From positions 24,738,001 through 24,802,000 of the forward strand of contig OX597831.1 of the NCBI GenBank assembly GCA_951406725.2: DNA of 64,000 nucleotides. The letters run 5' to 3'. The translations under genes were made by a program, and so were the position numbers. Source of the stretch: Octopus vulgaris. Lineage: Eukaryota. The notes beneath the pieces were generated by a model. It saw only the letters and a list, made by a program, of their open reading frames with translations, made no database searches and had not been told where the DNA came from. Shown here piece by piece: positions 52,117-64,000 of the stretch. Numbering within the stretch: position 1 is the stretch's first letter; each line of letters starts with the position of its first letter.

Positions 52117-52230
52117 TGTCATTGTCAACATATATTTTGTAAGGAATTGGTTATTGATTTGAGTAGCAAAAGTGCAAGGTTCAAGAGGGCCCTCGAGCCT
52201 TGTTCATTGCAAAGCAGCCTCAATAGTAAT

Positions 52231-52471
52231 GCTTGCTTGCTTCATGCTCTTGGTCGATGAGGCTGGGGTCTTCCCAGGTTAGTGGCCGTGGAGATGTCAA
52301 CATGCTTAGACTTGACCATGTTCACTAGTGCTCTCCATTACTAGCCAACCATGCCAGCCACTCTGCATCCTCCAAGATGACATCAAGCCTCTGAAGATCT
52401 TCCCCAATCACTTCCAGCGATCTGGTGCAGGGCCTGCCATGGGCCCTCTTCCAGCAGCCTGCAGCTGAGAC
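52231..52471 (-). mobile_element. RTE-clade LINE 3' fragment
   Basis: rc translation WKRAHGRPCTRSLEVIGEDLQRLDVILEDAEWLA..WRALV (frameshifted) fits the RTE C-terminal GRP/W/DL/WR pattern; (CAAG)n tail. Confidence 0.75.
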
Positions 52472-52909
52472 TAAAGCACCCATCCCCCACTAGCTAGCGA
52501 TGGTACCATGAAAAGATATACCATGGATAGTGTAAACTGGTTAGTGTTAGGACAAGCAGCCAGGCATAGAAACCATGCCAAAAATGAGACATTGGAGAAA
52601 GACATGGTTCTTCAACATGTTGGAATTTGTCAAATTCTTACATATCTCAGTAAGGAAAGGATTCTTATACCCACCACTGCAGTCATGTAAAGATCTCAGT
52701 TACATGCTATTATGAAATAGCTTCATGGGTTTATTTTTTGGGAGTGAAAGAAAATATTTTGCAAAGACTTTAGTGTAGTATTCTTGTGTTAGCTTCCTCT
52801 ATTGTCTTTCCACTCATAATACGCACAGAGAATGTTGCAAATAGCCATTAGTTGTAGAATAACTATTGTTATTACTTCATTACATTTCACCATCACTCTA
52901 CTTTGAATA

Positions 52910-53385
52910 TATATATTTACACATACATATGTGTGTATATGTCTATGTATGTGTGTGTATATATGTACACACACACACACACACATATATAAATATACAT
53001 ACATGCATACATATATGAGGATATTGTTTATAATAATATCAGTTGCTTAGCATGCATAAAAACCCCATAAAGGTAAAAAGGTAAAAAATTATTAATTATA
53101 TATATATGTATGTATGTATGTATATATGTATATATACACACACACACATATATATGTATGTATGTATATGTATATATATATATATACACACACACATATA
53201 TATAATTATACATATATACACACACACACACACATACATTTACATATATTTATACACATATACACACATGCATATATATGTGTGTGCGTGTCTATGTGTT
53301 TATGCATATGTATATGCCCTGATATAATATATATGCACACCCACACACTTATAAACATATATACATACATATATATTCATATAGC
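52910..53385. repeat. Compound TA/CA/TG microsatellite region
   Basis: Direct reading. Confidence 0.9.
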
Positions 53386-53901
53386 TTTGGATTAACAGCC
53401 AGTGACAAGGGTTATTTGTGTATAATTTAGGTGTATTGTTCTTGATCTGTTTTTATTTCTTTCTGTGTTTTCCTTATTTGATGTCAAGAAATGTAATACG
53501 ACTGTGATATCCTTAAGTCAATAACAATTTTATTTGATATCATTCTAGGTTGATATCATTATGTTTTCCCTTGGTTCTATGGCAGCGTCCATATTTGCCT
53601 GTGTGCGACTGTGCTTGTCTCTTTGTGACTACAGTGTCTCTCTGTGAAATTATATTTAATGTTTTTTTAAAAACAATTATTTAACTAGACTATTTCTTGC
53701 GTTTATTTTGTACGTATGCTTCTGTGCAAATTTGTATTTCAATGTAAATTTCATAATGATTTCTGAACGTATGTATGGATGTCTGTAAGAATTTATTTGT
53801 ACATTTATGTCATTCCATAAATATTTGGTAAAAACCCTGATGCTCAGTTTCTGTACAGGTAAGTGTACATCTCTGTACATGAAAGTGTGTTTGTGTGTGA
53901 G

Positions 53902-53948
<47 letters not shown>

Positions 53949-53951
<3 letters not shown>

Positions 53952-54124
53952 CGTAGGAGTGGCTGTGTGGTAAGTCACTTGCTTACGAACCACATGGTTC
54001 CGGCTTCAGTCCCACTGCCTGGCACCTTGGGCAAGTGCCTTCTACTATAGCCTCGTGCCAACCAAAGCCTTGTGAGTGGATTTGTTAGATGGAAACTGAA
54101 AGAAGTCCATCGTATATATGTATG

Positions 54125-54185
<61 letters not shown>

Positions 54186-54386
54186 TTGTGTGTCTGTGTT
54201 TGTCTCCCCAACATCGCTTGACAACCAATGCTGGTGTGTTTACATCCCCGTATCATAGCTGTTCAGCAAAAGAGACCGATAGAATAAGTACTAGGCTTCC
54301 AAAGAATAAGTCCTGGGATCAATTTGCTCGACTAAAGGCGGTGCTCCAGCATGGCCACAGTCAAATGACTGAAACGAGTAAAAGAG
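53949..54386 (+). mobile_element. SINE family A, full length, inserted in (TA)n
   Basis: Family homology. Confidence 0.93.
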
Positions 54387-55313
54387 TATATATATATATA
54401 TATATATAGATATATAATGTATGTATTTCTGTGTTTGTATGGATTTGAACTGCTGTACACATTTGTATATAATTTGCATTGGTAGTTCTTAAATTTCACA
54501 TTTTGTGTGAAGGGCGCGTGTGCATACAAATTTTAATTCCAAATTCAATAGACGTTTGGATGCACGCTTGCTTTACATTCTGTGGGTATATGACAGCATT
54601 TATGCTTACATGTGTAAGAAATAAAATCTCACTAAACACTCCTTTTTTTTAAAAAAGAATAAAGTAATATTAAAAGACATCAGCATCTATTATGCACAAG
54701 CGATAATTTTTCAGGATTTTATTGCCCATAATTATGGGTGCACATTTTACACAAGTACTGATTATGTATAAATAAATGCAGTAGTCTAGATGCATATGTG
54801 TGTGTGTGAGTGTTGTGTAGGTGTTTATATGTATGTTCTCTTAAGCTTCCTTTATCAAACTTCTTGGTGTTTTTAGTGTGTGTGTGTCTGTGCATGTGGC
54901 TCATATTTTCAGTAAATTTGAAGCTGTTATTTTCATTTCTTTTTGTTTATCACTATATATCTAGTTAAGATCGTTCCTTTTTATTTATGTATTTGTGTAA
55001 ATGAGGTATAATTTATTCACAATATTTGAATAACGACATAGGATGTCTAAGCCTGTAAAAATGTATGCTTGTACGTTACTATCTGGATGTGTATATTTAT
55101 GCATATTTTGGTTACTAAGAAAATAAAGTGTACCTATTACATTATGTAGAGTATATATTTTGAAGCTGTTGATGAACTCCATGCTTTACGGTTACATGCT
55201 AATGCTGTATTTAGAAGTTAGGCGACATCAGCTACCTTCTGAAAGACACACAAACACTCACATACAGGCACATGTAAAGACACAGGTATGGCTCGGTAGT
55301 TCATTATCATCAT

Positions 55314-55366
<53 letters not shown>

Positions 55367-55582
55367 ATTCAAGAATTTGGACCTGGAGATCTCCATTTCC
55401 AGCTACATCGAGGGCCACGTCCCGGTGGTGTCAGGCATCAACAAAGAACCCTCGACTACAACAAGACAACCAAAGTTTTTTTTTCCATGGTCTGGGGTCT
55501 CCCGCCCCTAAACCCTAGACCATCACCTAATCACCCTTACCCGTCTTGTTGCTTAACAACAACAATAACAGCAGCAGCAGCA

Positions 55583-55815
55583 TATCATCATCATCATCAT
55601 CATTTAAGGGCTGTTTTCCATGCTGGCATGAGTTGTATGGTTTGGCAGGAGCTGACAAGCTGCAGCAAGTTCCAATTGGATTTGGCTTAGTTTCTGTGAC
55701 TGGATGCCATTCCAAATACCAACCACTTTACAGAGTGATCTAGGTGCTTTTTACAAGGCACCAGCATGGGCGTTTTTACATGGTGTCAACATGGAAGTTA
55801 TTACCTGGTGCCAAC
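55583..55815 (-). mobile_element. Retroposon family B, diverged
   Basis: (cat)n plus B motifs. Confidence 0.72.
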
Positions 55816-56597
55816 GAAAAGTGTATTTTGCAACCACGATGCCCTCAGTTTGATCTCACTATGCAGCATTTTGACAAGCGCTTAGGATGAACTGAACCTT
55901 GTAAGTGAATTTGGGTCGATGGAAACTGTATTGAAGCCTGTTGGGTGGATTCTCTCTCTGGTTTGCAGATCCTGCCTAGCTACATTTGTACCACTCTATT
56001 CTTGTTGTGAATTAAATCAAAAGTCCAAATTTCAATGGAATACTCAGATACATTGCATTCTAACTCAATGACTGGCCCATCTAGTTACTCAAATAACCAA
56101 ATGCTCATACAAAAAAAAAACTGATGGAAGAGAGTTCCTCATGCTTACATGTATGTCTATGTGTATGTGTGTGTGCACACATATTTTTAGACTCTTCCAC
56201 CCGTTTTGATGTATGAAGATCCAACAACCTACACTTTCTTTGCTTATGTTGAATGTAATAATTGTGTCACTCTAATAACTTATAAAGAAGCCTGCAGATG
56301 TTGCAAGTATGAGGATTACAGATAAGTGCAGATGGTATGTTTGTAGCTGCTTTTCTTTTCTTGCTTTGCACCCCTTAACCTGTTAATACTGGTTGAAACA
56401 AAGTCTTTTATACCATTTTGACATGACGATCCCCAAAGCTGGTCGCTCAAAGATGTTAAAAGTTACTCTTCAGTTTGTTCTGATATCTGAGCCATGGTCA
56501 ACCAACATTCCTGTACCTACTATCGATCTAGCTATACACGAAGACTTTGAGTATTCTTTCATTGCTCATTTGAAGGACATGGTCAAATATATATATT

Positions 56598-56832
56598 TGG
56601 GTTGGACAGTTTGACTGAGGGCTGGCAAGCCAGAAGGCTGTACCAGGCTCCAATCTGATCTGGCAAGGTTTCTACAGCTGGATGCCATTCCTAGCGCCAA
56701 CCACTCTGAGAGTGTAGTGGGCGTTTTTTACGTGCCACCAGCAGGAGGGCCAGTCAAGCAGTACTGGCATTGACTACACTTGAATGGTACTTTTTACATG
56801 CCACTGGCATTTGCAACGACCACACTTGAATA
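56598..56832 (-). mobile_element. Retroposon family B lacking tail
   Basis: gggttggacag..ctacagctggatgcc..ttttacgtgccacc. Confidence 0.82.
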
Positions 56833-56859
56833 GTTATTGAAATTTTCCTTTTTCTATGC

Positions 56860-57120
56860 CAGTGGTTCTCAACCCCCTTTTTTACCCAGTTGACCCCTTT
56901 GGGTCCAATTTTACTCTACTGGACTCCCATAGCTATTCAATGTTTTAAAAAGTGCTATTATTATTTCTATAATTAAATATTATTTGGAAATTGTTTACAA
57001 AAAGTTGTTAAAATATTTTCTGTACTGTAAAAGTAGAACCAAATTTTTGCTCATAAACTTTGACAGCAAAATCTTATCTGGATCCTCAAAGGTCATATGG
57101 ACCGAAGTCGAAAACCACTG
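56860..57120. mobile_element. hAT (Charlie-like) MITE
   Basis: TIRs cagtggttctcaac / gtcgaaaaccactg; degenerate 8 bp TSD ttctatgc / ttctgtcc. Confidence 0.8.
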
Positions 57121-57665
57121 TTCTGTCCCTACATAGTATTTATATAATATATGAATGTTCACATTGGTGAGAAAAACTTCTCTTACATATGTGAATGCTT
57201 TACCAAATGATTGAGGAGGCATGCATTTGTATTTCTGAATATGCAATTACCTTCCGTTTATTTAGTAGATTTACATTTTATTAAGTTCATAATAGTTGTG
57301 AAACTGTAACTCAATTTAAGGTTACTTCTATTAAATACTTTACTGTATCAGTGGTTAATAGGGGAATGTTTATCTATTAAAGCTAAGAAGTGCTTAGCAA
57401 TATTAAGTTTAAAGAAAAAGGAGGTGTAAACCAGATAAAGTTATGACACTTCTTCATAGAAGGTTAGTAGAGGTTTAGGGGTATATGTGATATTATCATT
57501 TAATTCAGTGGTTACTAGTGCTTTATTATATCATAAAGATATGCTTTATCAAAGGTTCCTTTGCTCAATGGCAGGCTAGATATTCATATACTGATATTAT
57601 TGATTATATTTTTAAAAATTAAAAGTAGATGGCAGGAGCCTATCTTTCACCCTATAGTAGAAAGG

Positions 57666-57702
<37 letters not shown>

Positions 57703-57704
<2 letters not shown>

Positions 57705-58155
57705 TAGTAGTTTTATTTTTATAGTGTACTTTCACTTCACTACCGAGTGCAGCTCTGTGTGCCTTGGGTATGTGCTGTGGTTTGTTGTGATGCTCCTACG
57801 GTTACTGTTTTAAAAGTGTTTTGCAAAGGATGTGTCCAGTGCCCAGTAGTGCAATTTTCTGTATGTTATATATATTTGTAAGTCCTGGTGTTTTTCTTAT
57901 GTATTAGTCAGAATATTTTTTTATCATACCTAATGTGCCTACTATGATAGAAATTGATTCTGTTTTTAGATTTCACCTTAGAGTTACCTCTATTTCATGG
58001 TCTTTGTATTTTGAAAGTTTGTCCATTTCTTTTAGAGAAATGTTGTCATATGCTGGTATTGATACATCAATTGGAAAGCATTTTTTTTCTTCATGATCTT
58101 TGACAACTATATCGGGCCTATTGGCCTTAATTTCTCCATCTGTGTTTATTGGCAT
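57703..58155 (-). mobile_element. R4/Dong-type non-LTR retrotransposon 3' fragment (restriction-like endonuclease domain), pseudogenised
   Basis: MPINTDGEIKANRPDIVVKDHEEKKCFPIDVSIPAYDNISLKEMDKLSKYKD..IIVGTLG has RLE motifs RPD..D..KE..K..KY; internal stops; (ATT)n on both sides. Confidence 0.85.
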
Positions 58156-58165
58156 ATTATTATTA

Positions 58166-58199
<34 letters not shown>

Positions 58200-58201
58200 C
58201 A

Positions 58202-58259
<58 letters not shown>

Positions 58260-58261
58260 CA

Positions 58262-58461
58262 TTTGGCTGAATCATTAGCATGCTGGGCAAAATGCTTAGC
58301 AGCATCTCGTCTGTTCTGAGTTTAAATTCCGTCGAGGTCAACTTTGTTTATCATCCTTTTGGGGCTGATAAATTTTAGTACCAGTTGAGTACTGGCATCG
58401 ATGTAATCGACTATCTCCCACCCACAAATTTCAGGTCTTGTGCCTATAGTAGAAAGGATTT
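58262..58461 (+). mobile_element. SINE family D, alternative tail
   Basis: Family core; tail cttgtgcctatagtagaaaggatt. Confidence 0.82.
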
Positions 58462-58689
58462 TTATTATTATTAATAATAATAATGATAGATAATAATAAT
58501 GATAATAATAATAATAATGATGATAATGATAATAATAATGATAATAATAATAATGATAATAATGATAATGATAATAATAATAATGATAATAATAATAATA
58601 ATAATGATTATGATGAGGTAGATGATGATTATTACAATGACTACAATAATAAAATGATGACAGCAATAAAAATGAGGATGATGAAAGTG

Positions 58690-58750
<61 letters not shown>

Positions 58751-58779
58751 TAATAATGATGATAATAATAATAATAATG

Positions 58780-58843
<64 letters not shown>

Positions 58844-58925
58844 TAATGGGAGGGAACCTTTATTTCAGTCAGCATACTAGACTTTATGATAATAATAATT
58901 GGACTTTATAATAATAATAATAATA

Positions 58926-58959
<34 letters not shown>

Positions 58960-58960
58960 G
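58462..58960. repeat. Long (AAT/GAT)n microsatellite switching to (ATT)n
   Basis: Direct reading. Confidence 0.95.
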
Positions 58961-59469
58961 TGCGTAATTTTAAGATTCTTCCCTCTTGAATTTTCTACTT
59001 GTCTTAATCAACACAATAAGAAAGTATATCAATGAAGCCATGTCAAAAACTTCACTTCACACTCTCTTCCTACACTTCTCTCTGCTGCATCATTGACATC
59101 AGCAATGTATTTATAATTTTCAAGATTTCACTAATGGCACTTCTACCCCTCAACATGGTAAATAGAGAAGCTTGGAGAATGTAGGAGTCACTTCTCCCTT
59201 TCAATCACTTCCCACTCCAGCTCCTCCTTCTTATTTAAGAGTTTGAGCTTTTTTTTTTTTGGTTATTTTTTTTTCAATCTCTTAACTAATATTTTGTCTA
59301 ATGACTAAGAGTGTTTTAGCAGAGAGATTGAACACAAGGAGGATCGATTTCCTTCACCAATTACTAAGGTACTTTTGATAATAAGGTCAGAAATTTTTAC
59401 TTGAAAGCTATTACCTTCCAGAACAAAAATGTTTTACAAAGAAATTTTGGTCGATCACTATGATAGAGT

Positions 59470-59470
59470 A

Positions 59471-59561
<91 letters not shown>

Positions 59562-59600
59562 TTATCTATCATCATTATCACTATGTTTGCATATATTTGC

Positions 59601-59657
<57 letters not shown>

Positions 59658-59700
59658 TAGATATAGATATAGATATTTATGTGTGTGTGTGTGTGTGTGT
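59470..59700. repeat. (TATC)n, (TA)n and (TG)n microsatellites
   Basis: Direct reading. Confidence 0.95.
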
Positions 59701-59704
59701 ATAT

Positions 59705-60077
<373 letters not shown>

Positions 60078-61619
60078 GAAAATAGTAAGGCTACATAAGT
60101 GACTCAGGTGCCAAAGATTTCATGCATTACAATTATACATATGCTGATGTCACCACAATAAAATCAGTCTTTTATGTCTGCTTTCCAAGCAAATATTTCT
60201 ATTGCTGGATGCCTTTCTAAATACCAACTCCTTCCCAGAAATTGCTGAGTGCATTTTATATTTGCAATGGTCCTTGAGAGGTTTTCCTGGCCTCCCAAAC
60301 TTAAGAGGTCTCCCAACTTAACATGGTTTACATTTATTCATCAACCACTTTACAGAGTGTATTGAAAGCATCTTATCTTGATGCCAGTGCTATTTCATCT
60401 AAATCCATAATGAGCAGCCTTCATAGCTTCTTTTCTTTCATGTAAAATGTAGCCTTTTCTGCAGGATTACTAAAATGGTCTTCAACTGTTAAATCTCAAA
60501 TACTTCAAGTACTCTTGTCTATTATGTTGTCAAAGTATCCTGTGTGGACATCATGGTTGTAGAATTAATTCAATTGTGGGAGAATTTATATTGTTAAATT
60601 AAAGAAACTGCAAAGTGATTCTTTATAAGGAGTCATGGAATTGACATTGATGTCTCTGATTAATCAGATGGTGTTAACGGTTAATGGCAGAGGAAAATAC
60701 TCATTACTTCATCAAAATTCTTCATTAAAATGCTGCCAAATTGTTAATTAATTAAGATCTTAAACCTCTGTTTAGAAACAAGAGGTCAACTTGTTGGACA
60801 GAAGATCACGTATTCAGACATATGGACTCTGTCTGCAGGCCTTTTACGGTTCCAAAATGTCTATTGGTTCTAAGAAAATTTTACGTCTTTTATTGCTTTG
60901 CTCACTCTTTTTCATAACTTGTTTATTTGGGTAGGGGTTTTCCTTAGGGTCAATTTATTATTATCCTCAATGTAAAACAGCAACAACTACAAGAATATTC
61001 ATGATAATTTACAATTATATTAGCAATTTTGAGGCATATAAATATATCTGAAAATAGAATCTTAGTCTATTTTCATCTTCGTTGAATTTGTCACAATTTT
61101 GGTAATCTCATATTGAGTAGAGTTTGTCAGTTCTTCTCTCTTATCAGAGAAATAATAGAAGAAATCTAAAATTGGGAAGAATGTCAGAGATGACCCATGT
61201 GTCTCGTACTTTTGAATATATATCATATTTCAGTTACATTTTTAACCTTTAACTCAAAGCCTCGAATACATGTAACAGAATTGAAAGAATTGAATCAATC
61301 TGCTTTTATTTTTTTCTGTTTTTGGAAATAATGAAAGGCAAATGAACTTTGTGATTTGAACTCAGAATGTAAAGAAACACTGCAAGTTAATAGTATATAT
61401 CATGTTTTTCACAATTTCTACTGAATTCATTTCAGCCGTCTTTTGAGCTAACAGAGGGACTGCTATGTGGTTGCTCAGGCTTATAGAAATAGTAACCAAA
61501 TATTTATCAAACAACACCGTGCTGTCTTAACAATTTGTAATGGACCAAGACTATATATATATCACATGGCATTTCGTCTGGTGCTCTAATACTTCTGCTA
61601 ATCCTCTACCCTTAATTAG

Positions 61620-61821
61620 GATATTGATTTCAAATTTTGGCACAGGGCCACTAATTTCAGTGAGAGGCGTTAAGTTGATTACATTGGCCCTAGTACACAA
61701 CCGCAAAAGAATAAGAGGCAGAGTCAACTTTGGTGGGATTTGTAATCAGAGTGTGAAACCAGACAAATTACCATTAAGTATTTCCCATGCCATGCTAACG
61801 ATTCTGCCAGTGTGCCACCTT
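61620..61821 (-). mobile_element. SINE family D
   Basis: Family homology. Confidence 0.75.
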
Positions 61822-61884
61822 GCACTTAATTATGATAGTAATGAAGATAATATTTGATGTTTTAAGTTAGTACATCATTATTAC

Positions 61885-62090
61885 AGAATCATTAGTACAT
61901 CGGACAAAATGCTTAGTGGCATTTTGTTCATCTTCACATTCTGAGTTCAAATTCTATCAAGGTAGACTTTGTCTTTCATCCTTTTGGGGTCAATAAAATA
62001 AAGTTAGTACCAGTAGAGCCCTGGGCTTGATATAAATGATTAATTCCCTTCTCCAAAATTGCTGGCTTTGTGTCAAAATTTGAAACCAAT
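61885..62090 (+). mobile_element. SINE family D
   Basis: Family homology. Confidence 0.8.
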
Positions 62091-62105
62091 ATCATAAGTT
62101 CTTTA

Positions 62106-62320
62106 AGATGGCGAGCTGGCAGAAATGTTAGCACACCGGGTGAAATGCTTTGCAGTATTTCGTCTGTCTTTTCGTTCTGAGTTCAGATTCTGCAGAGGTC
62201 AGCTTTGCCTTTCATCTTTTGGGGTCGATAAATTAAGTACAAGTTGCATACTGGGGTCGATCTAATCGACTGGACCCCTCCCCCAATATTTTGCACCTTG
62301 TGCCTAGAGTAGAAAAGAAT
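62106..62320 (+). mobile_element. SINE family D inserted at the tail of the previous copy
   Basis: Family homology; flanks aatatcataagttcttt (62088-62104) / aatattgtaagttcttt (62318-62334). Confidence 0.88.
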
Positions 62321-62629
62321 ATTGTAAGTTCTTTGTACAGAAACACTTTTGCTAATGTTGGTCATGATGGGAATGGCAAACAGTCTAAAAAGAGCCATGA
62401 TTGTAGTGTTAATGTCAATAACGACACTGTCTGCTGCAAGAGGGTTGAACTAAAAAAAAATCCTATTCTTCCTCATATCTGGAGATAAAATAGATCTACA
62501 TTATAAATTTACAAATTAATAGACTTCAGCCATCGTAATCCATGCAATAAAGTATATTTCATTTCATTCTACACCATCATGACACTTGGACTAACACTAT
62601 ATTGATGGCTACTTTATTCCACAGTTTTC

Positions 62630-62927
62630 AATTTCTTTCTCTCAACCCTCTCTTCTCTTACTTCTTTCCTTTTATTTCTTCATTTATCCCCTCCCTCCTT
62701 TCTTCTATTCTTTCTTTTCACATTTCCTTTTCATTCCTCATTGTCTTCTTCCAATCCTCTTTTCCTTCTTTCTCTCTCTCTTTACTTCATTCTATTTAAT
62801 CATTTCTTTCTCTTGTTTATTCCTTTCTTTTTTATTTTTGTTTCTGTCCATCTTTTATTTTTTACACTTCATTCTTTCTTTCTTTATCTTTATCCCTCTA
62901 TTTGATTTCCTCTCCAGTTCTTCCTTA

Positions 62928-62962
<35 letters not shown>

Positions 62963-62968
62963 TCCTTC
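62630..62968 (+). repeat. Long pyrimidine-rich low-complexity tract ending in (CTTT)n
   Basis: Direct reading. Confidence 0.9.
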
Positions 62969-63219
62969 AAAATATTTCCAAGCTGCTGATCGCCAATCCA
63001 CCAACATTTATTGATAATGGTAGAATATTTAGTAAGTTTCGCTTCTGCATCACAAAATCATTGAGCTGAAGTTTAAATGATACACTTTCATTCTGAATAT
63101 GTTTGCAGAAAGTATCGCAATGGACTTGCATGTGTGCACATATATGCTTGCATCTGTTCAAATAAATGCATATGTATTGTATGCATAATGCATATATGCA
63201 TCTGAATTTATGAAAGAGA

Positions 63220-63266
63220 ATATATATATGTATGTCTGTGTGTGTATGTATATGTATGTGTATATT

Positions 63267-63311
<45 letters not shown>

Positions 63312-63768
63312 ATGTATATGTATGTATATATTTATATATATATATACACACATACATACATACATACATATATATATATATCAATATACATATACATATA
63401 TATATATGTGTGTGAATATGTGTGTATGTATGTCTGTGTGTATGTATATATTTGCACATAACACAGACAGAAATTTTAAGAGTAAACTAGCCAAATCTTT
63501 GGTTTTATCTGAGGAGACAGACAGCACTGTAGCTCTCTTCAGAAGTTTATTACCATTAAAACAATGGCTGGAGTTATATGAATTATTTATTGTTTGAATA
63601 CAGCATATGGCAAGGCGGGCTGTATGTTTATGACAACATGTATTCGTGAAATATTTATAATAGTAATAATAAATATGAATAGTATCAATGATATCCCACT
63701 AAAGTACAAGGACACACATTTGTTAGAGACAGGTCGATTGAATTAGATGACTTGGTATATTCATATGT

Positions 63769-63805
<37 letters not shown>

Positions 63806-63814
63806 CACATATAT

Positions 63815-63863
<49 letters not shown>

Positions 63864-64000
63864 TATATATATGTAATCACACACACATGTTTGTATGTAT
63901 GAGTATATGTACATGTGTGTATGTATGCATACATAAGTGTTTGTATGTGTGTGCATATGTATATGTATATATATATATGTGTGTGTGTGTTTATGTATAC
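63220..64000. repeat. Two compound TA/TG/CA microsatellite blocks (63220-63450, 63765-64000)
   Basis: Direct reading. Confidence 0.9.

Noticed and set aside
55160-55690. 176 aa ORF with poly-S/poly-A (poly-H/poly-Q in another frame)
   Set aside because: It spans microsatellites and runs into a family B copy. The GC-rich middle reads on the minus strand like a decayed RTE 3' end (GRPQT..DVALD..WR) with a (GCT)n(GAT)n tail, and no convincing splice sites were found.

Overview
Very AT-rich, repeat-dense animal genomic DNA with no supported protein-coding gene. It looks like a large intron or intergenic region. The SINE and microsatellite landscape resembles Octopus (coleoid cephalopod) DNA; this is my recognition, not a database result. 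Contents: many copies of tRNA-headed SINE families (called A, C, D, M and MV here) and two retroposon-like repeats (B, E); 5'-truncated LINE ends (CR1, RTE and an R4/Dong-type restriction-like endonuclease fragment sitting in (TAA)n); mariner, hAT and piggyBac MITEs; non-autonomous Helitrons; foldback elements; and large microsatellites that generate most of the ORF track. Most notable: (1) a palindromic element at 47053-47580 joining a tRNA-type Pol III head to a minimal type I hammerhead ribozyme of the Penelope kind, plus two more hammerhead-like motifs in unrelated cassettes inside (TA)n at 31166-31202 and 59756-59791; (2) a duplicated polypyrimidine-CAG|GTAAGT recursive-splice-type site inside a ~255 bp direct repeat flanking a SINE (16775-17551). 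Coordinates were counted by eye and may be off by a few bases.
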